Shown here: piece by piece, positions 51,833 to 64,000 of the stretch
How positions within the stretch are numbered: the first letter of the stretch is position 1
Layout of the letters: every line of letters starts with the position of its first letter
NCBI GenBank assembly: GCA_028534125.1
Contig: CM052816.1
Span: 60,142,001-60,206,000, forward strand
From: Lama glama
Lineage: Eukaryota
DNA: 64,000 bases
Reading direction: 5' to 3'
Position numbers and translations under genes: made by a program
Notes under the pieces: model-generated
The model's database searches: none
Told to the model about the DNA's origin: nothing
Seen by the model: only the letters and a program-made list of their open reading frames with translations

Positions 51833-51908
51833 TGGAGGTACTGGGGATTGAACCCAGGACCTCATGCATGCTAAGCATGTGCTCTACCACTGAGCTGTAC
51901 CCTACCCC
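51776..51908 (-). mobile_element. tRNA-derived SINE (camelid Vic-1 type)
   Basis: Same body in reverse with a (TAAA)n-cctaattacc tail; perfect 12-bp TSD tcagaactgaat (51764-51775, 51909-51920). Confidence 0.92.
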
Positions 51909-54900
51909 TCAGAACTGAATACTAACATTAAACAAATGAGCGATTTTATAGGAAAAAGTTACATCAAGTTTTAATCTTTGTTCTTTGACTATTAACCAAG
52001 CTGAATGCTGTCTCATTTATTTTGTATCATTTGTATTTCTTCAGGGAATGACATGTTCATGTCTTACATCCAATTTAGTATCAAAGGTCTTAGTACTATT
52101 AATTTTGGAGTTCTTTATATATTTAAGAACATATAATCCCATACTTAATGTCATAATTGTAGAAAAATATTTTAGGGAAATGGGATTTGAACTTAAACAA
52201 GGGAAAAAATGTTTTCATTATGAAAGAATAAATTACATGTTTTACAAGCAAATGCCAAAACTTTAAAAATAAATCTTTATCTGATAATAGAGATGGACAT
52301 TCTACTTATTCTTTAAACTAAAAATTCAGTGTATTCCTAGGAAAGGCCTACTAATGAAGGTTGTTTGGAATGGGGTTTTCTCTTCACAAACTGAGTGAGG
52401 CTGGGCTAAAATTTTCCCTATCTGCCTTAGGAGATGGAAAAAGGCAACAAACATGGCAGGAGTTTGTCCTCACTGAAGCCCCTTCCGTCCTTTTCTACAT
52501 CACATACGAGTGACACAGAGCTGCAACGACCGCTGGGGCTGCTGTGGCATGTAAGTCCTTTGGAGCCGGAACCCACTCACACCACAGCACTGACTTTCAT
52601 ATTCCTGTTGACAAGGGGCTACCAATGCCACTGGGTATTTTAAAACACATTGTGACTATTCAAGCATTTTCCATATATATTCTCTTTATTTTCACAACCA
52701 AGTCATAAGGGCTGTAAAAAAAAAAAAAAAACCTTCCGGGAAGGGATTATTATCCTTTCATTGTACAGAAGGAAAACAGATTCAGAGAAACAGGGTCTTC
52801 TTTCCCAAGTCACAGAGGCCAGAGGAAGAGCCCAAACCTGGCTCTCCTGCCCCTCACCCCCTGCCCACTCCCTGCGGGCAGGGCACATTCTCACCCCCCA
52901 CCCCTTCCACCTCCCTCATTCCTAGCAGAAGGCACAGCTTAATGAGTGGGGGTGGGAGGGTGGGGGGCGGAACCAGGTGCTGTACTGATACAAGGAATGA
53001 TCAATGTATCACACTGTCAAGAAGAGACTTAAAATACATAAAATATCATAAACATTATATGACATAAACATAAAATAAATGCTGAACATTTCTCATCAGA
53101 AAATATTTATGACCAGGGTTTGCTGAATCAGAGCCCAACATTGAGCCCTGTACAAATGTCTCTTTCCACTATAAAAATCAAACATGCTTTTCTCTTGTTT
53201 CTTTATATGGCTGTACCAGAGGACAGTTCCCTTGACTTACGGAAATACACCAAGAGATAACTTCCCCAAGGAGAAAGACAGACACAAAAAATGCAGAGTG
53301 CAAATACTTGGTTGGAAACATTGTTGATTACGAAAATGGTTAAGATTGGAAAAATAATTTCACGGAGCACAGGTGAGAATTGTGAAGCCTGCCACCTTGT
53401 GGATCCATTGGCTATAGCAAGTGCTACCAGAGCAGGGAGCAACGTGTTTTCCTGGCTCATTTACCTCAACAAATTATTTTGGAGAAGGTGCAAGCTCTTA
53501 TCAGAGACATTCTGTGGTATTGTTTTAAAAAATAACAACAGCAAAACCAGGCCAGTGGACTATTAAATGTTCAATTAGTTAAGTATTCCTTTAAACTACT
53601 TGTGTGATTAGTGCACAGGGGGAGGGAAATTATTTTAAGCTGGCTGAACTGAATACAAAAAGTGAAGTCAGGCTATACAGTCTCTTCTCTCAGTCTGACT
53701 CTGTGTTGGTTTATCAGTTGGCCTTGGGTATCTCACTGAGATTCTTTCTCTGCAAAATGCACGTGATGGACCAGCACCCTTTGAGACCATGCCCTGACTC
53801 ACACCTCCATGGTCCAGCCCCAGCTATCCAGCACACTTCAACCCATATGCTCTGAACTCAGGCTCCAGCTGCTGGTTTACTCGTGTGCCTCAAGCGCTTT
53901 GAGCTCCCTGCCCTTGTGCTTTTAGGCATCTTCTTTGTTTTGCCTAGACCATCCTGCACCCCCTTTCCACACATTCCACATCCACTCATCCTTCACAGTC
54001 CTGCACAGAAACCCACCAAGTCTTGATCCCTGTCTACCCTGGTGGAGAGCTCTCTATCTTTCTGAACTTGGGCCATATTTTCAGCTTACTCCTTTCATTT
54101 ACACTTTGATAGCTGAGTATTGCCACCGTTTCCCCCTGAACACTGGGTTGTAAGTTCTTGGCAATTGGAGAATTCCATGCATAGAGCACTGTGCTGTGCT
54201 GGCTGGAAGCACAGGCTTGGGCTGCAATGCTGGGAGGGAATCCTCTTCTGCTCCTCCTAGCAGACATCCTTGGGCTGCTCTGCTAATTGCTCCCTGCTTT
54301 CATTTCTTCATCTAAAATGGGCAAATTTATATTTATAGCACCTCAGCAGGGCATATGAGGACTACCTGAGTTTACTCATGTAAAGTGCTCCCAATTACCT
54401 ATTACTCCCAATTACTGATTAGAGCAGCCAAGTTGGATAGGTAATCCTGTGAGCAGGGGATATGACCAGGTCAGCGTGGCCTCCAGCATCCACTATTGTG
54501 GCTGGACAAAGATTTCAGTGCTTTCATAAAGTCCTTTTAGAAAGCTACTTGAAATATACATACAGCCCTATGTAATGGGCTCCGTGAGATTCTGTGAAGT
54601 GGTCTGCAAGTATAAACTACCCGTAAACAGCATCCAAGAATACCAAAATATGGCTACTACCTTGATGTCCCACCAGGGACGGCACATCAGAGCCCAGTGT
54701 TGGTCCCAGTCGCTTCATGCTTTGTCCAAGAATCGCTACTTAAATTTAAAAGAAAGCTGCATGATTACACAGTTCACTGGAAAGATAATTAAATCCCTTG
54801 TATCCTTTTTGTCTCATTACACTGGTTACTCCTCTCAAGTGCTTCCCTGGTGAACCTCTACTTGAATCTGAGACGCAGCATGCCACGGCTTCGAAAGGGA

Positions 54901-57791
54901 GCTAAAGGCTCTCTGTTACGCATGTCCGGGCCGCTTCAGAAGAGACACACATCAGGCAGACCCAGAAATGAAGGCACTGGGGAACCAGATGAGGACAAAG
55001 TGTTATAAATGGGATCAACTGGTTCTACCCAGAGACCTTGCCAGAGAACTTTAGGAGAACTGGACATTCAAGTTTCATAGAAGCAGGAAGAGAGATTTTA
55101 AAGTCCAGCATCATATTAAAATACTTTATAAAATAAATTACAAGTGACCAAAGGTCTCAGCAAAATAAACAAATGCATATTTTCTCAAGATACATGTAGG
55201 TTTCAGTTTATTATTTCTTCTTCTGATCTTATGAGCAGATGTAAGAAATAATATAAAGATACCCTGGGTCAGGAGCTAAGATGGGTATAGCATAACACTG
55301 CTATAAAGAACGTAGGAGGCCGAATATGTTACCACTTAAAATCCATTTGCTGATGCCAAGACTCTAAGATGAATAACAACTAAAAGAAGCTCACTTATAA
55401 AACATAGATTTATTATCTAAACAAAGGGTGAGCTAATGGAAAAGCTCAGGGAGCAGTTTAGATAGAAGCACCTGTCTGCCTACTTTTGTGGCCCTGAACC
55501 CACTGGAAAGTCTTATATATTGGATACAGTAGACAGAGGGGAAAAACCCCGAACAACTGGCCTGGGCCCTTACTCACAAAGGGTCGATGTGGAGCAGAAG
55601 TGGGGCACCCCTGGACCACAGGCTCAGGTACTATAAGAGATGCGGCTGGTCAGACTCATGAACCTTTGGTCTCTTTCTTGAATTTTGTCTCGGGGAGTCT
55701 GAGGTCATTCCAGGTGACTCTCACAGCCAAGGGATCTCCAAGTCTACAGTCCTGCTCTGCCTTCAATTTCTTAGACACTTACTACAACAGAGTTGTTCCA
55801 TGCCAGTTGGACAAAGAACATTTTCCAGAAGAGATGGTGAATGAAATTTAAAAACTCAGGTCTGACCTGTGTAGGTACCAGAAGAGCAACTCCAGCCACC
55901 TTAAGGCTTCAGTCCCAAACCAAATGGCATGTACATTAAGACATGAGTCAAGACACAACACAAGTAATCGCATGTGCTTGGCTCCTCCCGTGGTAACTTT
56001 CGGACAGCAAGCAAAGGAGAACCCCCGGTTCATCCCAATTCCACAAACATTTACTGAGCACCCACCCACGTACAAGGCACCGGGTGAATGTTGGGATGGT
56101 GTGGGAAGCTTTAATAGTAACTCCACGTCCCTCCTGCAGGTCAGATTTGCCAGGCGTTCACTGTGTCTGATTTCCAACACTGCCTATGGCCCTGAAAAAT
56201 TCTCTCAATGTTCAGTCCTATTTCTCCAATGATGAATTATATGCATTCAAGAGAAGGTTGACTAGAGTTAGGAGAATCAGTTATAGGTAAGGATGACAGC
56301 AGAGCCAGGCCCCAGCTTCCATGGGGCCTGAGGCCAAGTCCAAAATTTCATTAATTCTGTGAAGTGACTAATGGCAATGACTTTCCTCCAATCTGCCACT
56401 TCAGAACAGACCTTTGAATGTGCACGCTATTACTATTCCCAGAACCTAGACCAGATCCTGAATCTTTTGAAGAACATGCCTGTGTTGGCTGGGGGATGAG
56501 AGAAAGAGGAAAAATCATCACCTCCCTGCAGTACTTTCCAAGTTTCTAATTTTCTTTCAAGTTCTAGTTCAGTGTCACTTCTCTGTGCTGCCTCTCCCCA
56601 TTCACAGAATGTTCTCCCCAAAAGAATGGCATCCTTCCCCCCCGCCAGCACTGGCTCATCAAGCTGCACTTTATCTGCTTGCATGTCTCTCCTACAGCCC
56701 CTCTCCTTCTCGAGGGCAAGGACCTGACTATAATTTCCGTGTTACCAACATCTACCAGGGTACCTGCCTCTGAGCAAATGTTCTAGAAACAGTCTGAATG
56801 TGCTCTGTTCAAATGACATATCTGTTAAAGTTTTATCTCTCACAGGGTGCAGATTATCTGGAGTGATGGCTCACATCTGACGGCCTGGCCCCTTCAAGCC
56901 CCTCCTGGTGCTCATATAGCAGGAGGTCATCCTTAAATCCACTGACTTGTAAAATAATCTTACAATTAAAGACGGTATTTTTGATCAGAGATAGTCTTCT
57001 TTTCTTGAAAAAAACTTAAAATCAAACCAAATGTGTCTTTGTTTTAACCAGATCCATATTTGGAGCTATAACTTATATATTCCGCAGTCAGCAGGTGGCA
57101 AAGCAAATAACTCAACCGAACAGAGAGGGTCACTGGAGATGGTCTCCACCACGCTCGTGCTTTTTGTGATCATCTCACTCCACTGTCTTGAGTCAGCTTA
57201 CACTCCATGTAGAAACTGGTCTGTGTTCAAATTCATTTGTACAAGAGGGGAAAGGCCGAATGATTTCCAGAACCCCTTCTTCCATGACCATCTATTTCTA
57301 TCACTTACAGTGTATGTTATGTACTCACAGCTCTAACTTTCAAAGGAAATCCAGCTCTCAGACGCAACCTTCAGATCTGACCTCACAGTTTAATACCACT
57401 TTGTCTTCTGCTATGTAGAATAAAACCTACGAAATGTAGCTGAAGAAAATCGCCTTTAGGATAGATGTTTTCCAAACAGATGTTTTCTATGTATGATACA
57501 TAAAAGAGAACCTTTATTATTTGTAATTTAGGGTAAGAAGTAAAATTAAATTAGGAAGTGATTATGCAGCCACCCAAATGTGTTCTTCCATGCTATAAAA
57601 CCAAAGAATTCATGTTATTTTTGCCTTTACATTAAACCTGAGACTACTGAATCCTTTCTCAGGAATGAGACTGGGTGGGTGGGAATTTGCTGTACAGAAG
57701 GACTCTAGGACTTAGAGTAAAGAACTCTTAGTGCTAGTTCCTTCTGGCTACCTGCTTCATCTGGATGGCCATGACACAAAAAAGACAATAC

Positions 57792-57914
57792 CTTTAGCAG
57801 GAGCTCGATAACTTCTGTATGGACAAGTCCGTGCACTGGTTCTCCATTGATGTGTGTGATCAGATCCCCAGCCTTCAGTCCCGCCTGGCAAGCTGGACTT
57901 CCTTCTTCTACGTT
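57792..57914 (-). CDS. MAST4: MAST4 exon, PDZ core, 123 nt
   Basis: Acceptor ctttag|; reads [41 protein letters not shown]; donor AAG|gtattg; phase 0-0. Confidence 0.96.
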
Positions 57915-58125
57915 CTAAAGTTCAAAAGGAGGATATATTTGTAAGCAAACAAATGACAATCCTAACACCTGCTGTTTCTTGTGGCAGAGTATTCTGAGTT
58001 AATCAGCAAATGATCCTGAGCTCCTAAGAGGAAATCAGTAAGACATGGTTACTATTCCTTTTCTGTCATCATTCTAAAATAGGATAATTCCTATGGTCCC
58101 TTAAAAATTTTCAGATGATTTGAGA

Positions 58126-58211
58126 ATGTATATATGTATATGTATGAGTGTGTATATATGTGTATGTGTATACATATATACATACACACACACATACATA
58201 TATATATATAT
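58126..58211. repeat. Complex (TA)/(TG)/(CA) microsatellite
   Basis: Long, nearly alternating dinucleotide tract in a MAST4 intron. Confidence 0.85.
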
Positions 58212-58521
58212 TTAAAGAAAGTCAGGGAAAAAATTCAAGAAAAAAAGAATGAAAGAAGGATAGAAATAAGACTATCTTTGACTATTTCTACTAGCTTGGT
58301 ATGCAAAGTGGATAATCATATATGAAGACTAACAGAATTATGAGAAAGAATTCATTTTTGCTAAATTCAACTCCACCACATAGATAAAGGGCAACAGGTC
58401 CCAAATGCCAGCTTCACAGAGAAAAAGTTTGCTGTTAATTACACCTCAGTTACGTTAACGTATTCATTCTCTCGTTTGGCTGGGACTGAAACTAACAAGG
58501 CAGAGAGACCATGGGTCTTAC

Positions 58522-58751
58522 CCAAACAATATGGTGCACTGTGTAGATGTCACTGTCTCCCACATACACCCGGATGGCTCGGATGGTGAAACCATAGTTC
58601 TTCCCTGAACTGTGGATCACAATGGGCTGATGTGGACTGGCAGAAGCTCCTGAGGAATCTCGGCTGGGAGAGGAATCCCGTGAAGAAGAAGGGTCCGAGG
58701 ACAGGGAATGGGGGGACATTGGACTCCCCAGTGGAGAAACAGCAAACATGT
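58522..58751 (-). CDS. MAST4: MAST4 exon, Ser-rich linker and start of PDZ domain, 230 nt
   Basis: Acceptor ttgttgcag|; reads [77 protein letters not shown]; donor TGG|gtaaga. Confidence 0.96.
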
Positions 58752-61038
58752 CTGCAACAAAGAAGCCAGTCATCAAAGCTGATCACACACACTCCGCACA
58801 GCCAGCCTTTAACCATGGAGCCCTGACCAGCTTGGCAGCACCACCACAAAACAAATCCATTTGCTTCTAATAAAGAAGAAATAATATAGAAAGATGTATA
58901 TTGGTAGCTAGCATGGATTTCAGAACAGAAGCCTGTCAAGGAAATTTCAAAAGTATCTCTTTTTAAACTAACTTTTAAAGTAATAATCTAAAGTTTTAAT
59001 TCCTTAGTTCTTTACACTAAGTAAGAAACAATACAAAGTGTCACTACTGGCTGTGATTTTTTAAAATACATTTTCTTTTAATTAAAGAAATAAATCATAG
59101 ATGCACGAATTTCAAGTACAGCCTCACGCAGAGGAGGCGGTATGGACAGGAAAAGACACTCAGGCTACAAATCTTGCCCTAAACACATTTAATGTGGTCC
59201 TTCTCAAACACACATGGCTGGGAAAGCAGTTCATCAGTTTACTTCTGCCTTTTATATTATTGAACTAACACTGATGAAATAACTTTCATCAAGAAAACAC
59301 TGCCACGTCAGCTTCTCTAGAGAAGAATCACTACTCATGACTATGACTGGAACTGATTCTCTTCCTATATTACCTGTACATCTAGCAAGGTTTCTGAGAG
59401 GATCTGCGGGGGGTTAGAGAAATTTTAAGAAAAACTCAGTTCATACTCTTCAGCACCAATTCTACTCTTTTCCTTGCTTTATAAGCAAACATGCTTTTGT
59501 TTTTGAGTTCTTATCACTCTTCTACCCATATGAATCTAAACAGATCTTAACTGGCCAAGTGAAATTATGTGTGTGTGTCTGTGTGTGTCTGAGAAAAAGA
59601 GAAATCTACAAAAGATGCTGCAAGTTAAACAAGAACTTGGTCAGGGCCAGGCGGCCAAGGGTGGCCCTACTGAAGACTCCCAGGGTGTGGAGAAGAACAT
59701 GGTGGGCACAGGGAGCTCAGTGTACCCAGACTGCTGCTGGCTCCAGTTCTCGTGTCTGTCCAGAGGAGAACAACTAGGGAAACAGACCAGGTGCTTCACT
59801 CTCTGACTTCACGTGGCACCTTGGTGCTCTTTTGCTGGCTGCCTTCTGTCTCATCAGAAGGCCAGGTGAACAGACACACACTGGTGGGCAGGGACATTCA
59901 CGACATGCAAGCAGCAAGAGGACAGAGTGGTTACACACATCCAAACTGCTAAAAAGCCAGGCCCCTGACCCTTACCTCAGGCCGTTTTCCCTTGTCTCCC
60001 CAGACTGAAGAACTGCCCTGTGCCCATCAAGGGCTGAGCATCCTCACCAGTGCTCAGAGTGGGCCGCACACCCCACTTACCTTCCCTGCTGCAGCGGCAC
60101 TGGGGCCACCGCCTTCTGGTTATGAATAGTCATTCAAACTACGGAGACAGGTGTTTGCTTTATGGTGCTAAATGGGCAACTCCCAGAAAGCAATGTGCTA
60201 CAGTGAGCACCACCCGCAAGGGAGCCTTTGCTTACACCCGATTTCTTTCTGCACAAATCTGAAAAATTTTAAAAATGTAAACAATCCCTTTTATACATGG
60301 TCTGTTTCTTTCCAAATCTGCAATATTCTTCTGTCGCCACTTCCAATCTCTCATTGTCATTTGAGGGATAGGTCCCAGCCGCCAGGGCCAGGGGAGTCAC
60401 TACAGACTCAGTGATTAGCAGGGGCACAACCAGGTTGTGGGAAAATCCTGCAACTCAACAAAACCATAATTAAGCCTCATTTTTTAATACCAGGCAGGAA
60501 ATGATCTGACTACCAGTAGGAGGAAGTGTAACCCCACAGACAGGGCTGGCAAAACGTATCATTTCAGTGCTGTGTGTAACTCTACAGCCCCAGGAGTGAA
60601 AACCTTACGTTCTCTGTGTCTATTTCTTCATTAGCCAGATGAGAAAAACTATACTTAGTTTTCCAACACAGATGCTGTAAACAGCTCTGTAAAGGATATA
60701 AATCATGCATGGTGTTGGGAGGAAAAATCATTCAGAGGAGGGAAATTTATCATGTAACTTGGGGTAGAGGGGCAGGAAAGAAAAGGAAAGCAAACAAATA
60801 AAAGAAATAAGCCTTTGTGGGAAGGGAGCCTGCCTCCTCTCCTGCTGCAGAAAGAGGAGAAGGAATAAGCCATGTGTGCCCTCTGGGCGCTCGGGAGGGA
60901 GACACTCAGGAGGGCTGTGCCAGGACACCACCCGCTACTGCTTCAAGCAACCCTGCATCTCGGTCAGCATTCCAAACCGGGGGCGGGGCGAGCACATGCA
61001 CAAATCACACAACTTCATGCGAGTCGATGTCTCTCTAC

Positions 61039-61239
61039 CTCCTGGGATCATGAGGGACAGAGCACTGGCAGAAAGGGACTTTGTGACTTTCCCCGAGATT
61101 TTCCTTTTCTCTGTGCTTTCTAATCGCGGCCGAGCCATGTGAGAAGCGGGTTCACCGGAGGGCTTTGAGGAATTATCTGTACTGTCCACACACTCGCTTC
61201 GTCCATTTATCTGATCCAAGTGCTCTGAAAAACTGCCAA
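61039..61239 (-). CDS. MAST4: MAST4 exon upstream of the PDZ domain, 201 nt; earlier exons (kinase domain) lie beyond the window
   Basis: Acceptor cttctttgcacag|; reads (V)GSFSEHLDQINGRSECVDSTDNSSKPSGEPASHMARPRLESTEKRKISGKVTKSLSASALSLMIPG; donor G|gtagag; phase 1-1. Confidence 0.93.
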
Positions 61240-63879
61240 CTGTGCAAAGAAGAAGGGATAAACACGTTCAGGAAAATTTGGGACAGGAGAGGCAGGGAGA
61301 GGGGAAGAGAGAGAGAAAAGGAAGGACAAACACTGGGAAACAGACAACCATGTGGTTCGCGAGTCCACACAGTGTCCGGCAAACATGAAAAACACATGAT
61401 GGATTTGAGAAAGGGGATGCGGAGGAGGAAGGACGACAGAGGCTGTCCATTCCAATTTCACTCTCCTGGCACACAAGTCCGATAATTCTCCACCACCGAC
61501 TCCATTTAACTAGAATAATTACCTCTTAGAACTGAATTTTATGACCCTAGTAGAGACAACTCTTTTCCCTGACCCCACCATGAAAGGCTATGAACCAAAC
61601 ATCGCCTTATGAACCGCACAACCACCCGCCATATACTGTGATTATCCTATGATACTGATGATCATCATTAGCAGTGCTACCAATACTGGTTTTTGCTATG
61701 TGGACATCGTTTAACCACTTCCTGGGGACTTAGGTCTGTGTCATCTCCTACTATTTTTCTAGGGCACACTTCACTCTAAGCTCCGGTAAGTAACTTACAG
61801 GCTCAAGTGTCACCTTTGACTTCCCCCACGTGATGCCTCCTTCCACTCTAAGCTCCTTGCACATTTCACGGCGAGACAAAGGGGTTGCCTCACTACCTTA
61901 TATTTATAAAAAAATATAATGTGGACAGTGCCACAGGCTGACGTGGTCTGAAGTTCTGGGGTCAGTGAGAAGATCCATCGCTCTGTAAGCCAGCCATCAC
62001 ATCTTCTTTATTTTTAATTTTATTAACCCTTAATATAAACTGGAGCGTTTTTATTTTTAAGTTAAAAAATTAGACCTCCTTCAGCAGAGAAACGTTAGAG
62101 AATATATAACCATGCAGAAGGGTGCAGAAAAGGAAAATCACTGACACCAGTCTAGTAATCGCACATGCCAAGAGTAAAACTTCCTGAGCAGAAGCGACAT
62201 GAAGAGTTTCCCAGAGAAAAGTCAAAAGACCATCCCTTTTGGTTTCTCCATTCTTTCTCTCACAAGCTATCAGTTTTCTGAGGTTTTTTTTTTTTTTCCT
62301 TTCCTTTTTTTTAACCACTGATAATACACCTTTGTCCAGAAAAAACAATGCTTATCTCCCTTTTCCTTCTAAATGCTAAATTATAAGCCTTTTTGCTTTA
62401 AAAATCAACACTATCATCACATTAAGATACATAATCCACCCAGTGAATTCAATACCATTATGAATGATCCTTTGAAAGACCAGCCAGCACATTTTAAAGT
62501 GCTGACCATGTGACATTCTTTGCCTAGGAAAGAGGCTTAATTAGATTTTACACTTCTGTTACACTGCCATATACACATCACTCGACTGCACAGCTGAAGT
62601 TTGGTCCTAGTTTACAGCAGTGGCACAGACCCCAATGTGGGGTCTAAGCTGAGGGAAGCCTAGGACTTAGGACAGAGGGCGTGGGAATAGCACGGCTCAA
62701 GGTCACCCACTGTGCCGCAGGTGCAAGAGAAGATTCAGAGACTTCATGGGACACTCACCTGACCTACAAAGGAAGACAATCTTAAGACAAATAGCAACCA
62801 TCTTTCCTCTTCTATATCCCAAACTCAATCCCCCTTCACAGTGTATCTATTCCATTCACTCTAAATAAAGAAATCAACTGCTGAAGGGCTTGACAAAAAC
62901 TGCTTCACAAATCCAAAAAAAAAAAAAAAAAACCTCATCTGAAAAACCGTAAGCTTACTTTGAGGTGAGTTACACATTCCCTTCTCATTCTAATTTGGTT
63001 TGGATGGGCTCACTGACAAGTATAAAATGAAAAGCTGAATCTCTTTACAACAAATAATTTATTGGATGCATTAGAGCACTACACCTAAAACTGAGATACT
63101 TTGACTTCTCACTGCTTCAAATACAACGTAGTCATGAAAAAAGAAACAGGTATAAAGCAGCACCTCCCTAAATGCCAGAGTGTGAACATACAGCATTCTC
63201 TGTCATCACCCCTCCATCTCGTCCCGCCATCTCATTTCATAGCGCTGTATACAAGCGTGTGTTTCTTTTCTGCCAATGGTGGATAATGTCACCTTAATGT
63301 TCTGTAAATGTCAAGGGTTCCTTCTTTTTGATGGTGGAGCAATATAAAAATCAACAAATTTAATCAAATTTAATTTTACTACAGTCACGGTTTTCAGATT
63401 TCCTAATTACCCACGGCTATGAGCAAATCAGCTCATCTCTCTATTCTGAACAGTCCCCAAGGTCTTTGATTATTTTTAGTGTGTGTACAGGGGAGAAACA
63501 GAGAAAGGTGGTTTGAATCTATTAATCAAAATGCATGGCAGGACATAGAGAGCTTTTTTAAATAATTTTTTAAATTATAAAAGTAATCCAACACTCAGAC
63601 ACCATTCCCCTCCCTCCACCTCCTACATTTCTGGTAGTTAGTAAGCTAAAGAGACCGGGAGAGCCTAAAGAATTCATTCCATTAAGACTGTATTCCAAAG
63701 GGAGGCAACTACATTCAGAGTAAATAATAAACTAAGAAACAGATGAGAACTTAGGAATATAAAATATGTGACTTACCTACATTTGATTTGATTACCAAGA
63801 TGAACTAAAAATGGTTAGGAATCTTAGAATACTAGCTTGTTTCTCCACTACTTTTTAAAAAAATATAATATTTATCATT

Positions 63880-64000
63880 TATTTTTTGAAGGGGAGAGCT
63901 GATTAGGTTTATTTTATTTATTAATTATTTATTTATTATTACTGTTATTAAAAAATTCTTACTTTTTATTGAAGTGTAGCCAATTTACAATGTTAGTTCC
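63880..64000 (-). mobile_element. SINE 3' tail followed by the start of an L1 3' end at the window edge
   Basis: gattaggtttatt(ttat)n resembles the tail of the SINE at 51776; tttttattgaagtgtag..tttacaatgtt resembles the L1 end at about 1150. Confidence 0.6.

Noticed and set aside
60780..60850. Possible extra MAST4 exon after minus-strand tctttctgcagcag
   Set aside because: No convincing donor site or MAST-like peptide found; the flanking exons already join in frame.

Overview
Mammalian genomic DNA, most likely a camelid (inferred from several short tRNA-derived SINEs of the camelid Vic-1 type). Two genes lie tail to tail. CD180/RP105 is complete on the + strand: 3 coding exons, join 17212..17301, 25954..26120, 29812..31534, giving 659 aa, a TLR4-like LRR receptor with no TIR domain. 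The 3' part of MAST4 is on the - strand: six exons from 61239 down to the stop at 43396, covering the PDZ domain and a 3.9-kb terminal exon, with a 3' UTR of about 2.5 kb. The rest is intron or intergenic DNA rich in L1, L2, MIR, MaLR/ERV LTRs and DNA transposons, several of them nested. I see no prokaryote-type system and no unexplained new protein-coding gene. The best candidates for something undescribed are: (1) a solo LTR with a nine-copy CCAAT array pointing antisense into CD180, back to back with a second LTR that carries a three-stem hairpin and points antisense into MAST4; (2) an orphan polyadenylated insert with the signature of an L1 3' transduction in CD180 intron 1; (3) apparent lineage-specific coding changes in both genes. 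Repeat subfamily names and comparisons with human proteins are from memory and need checking.
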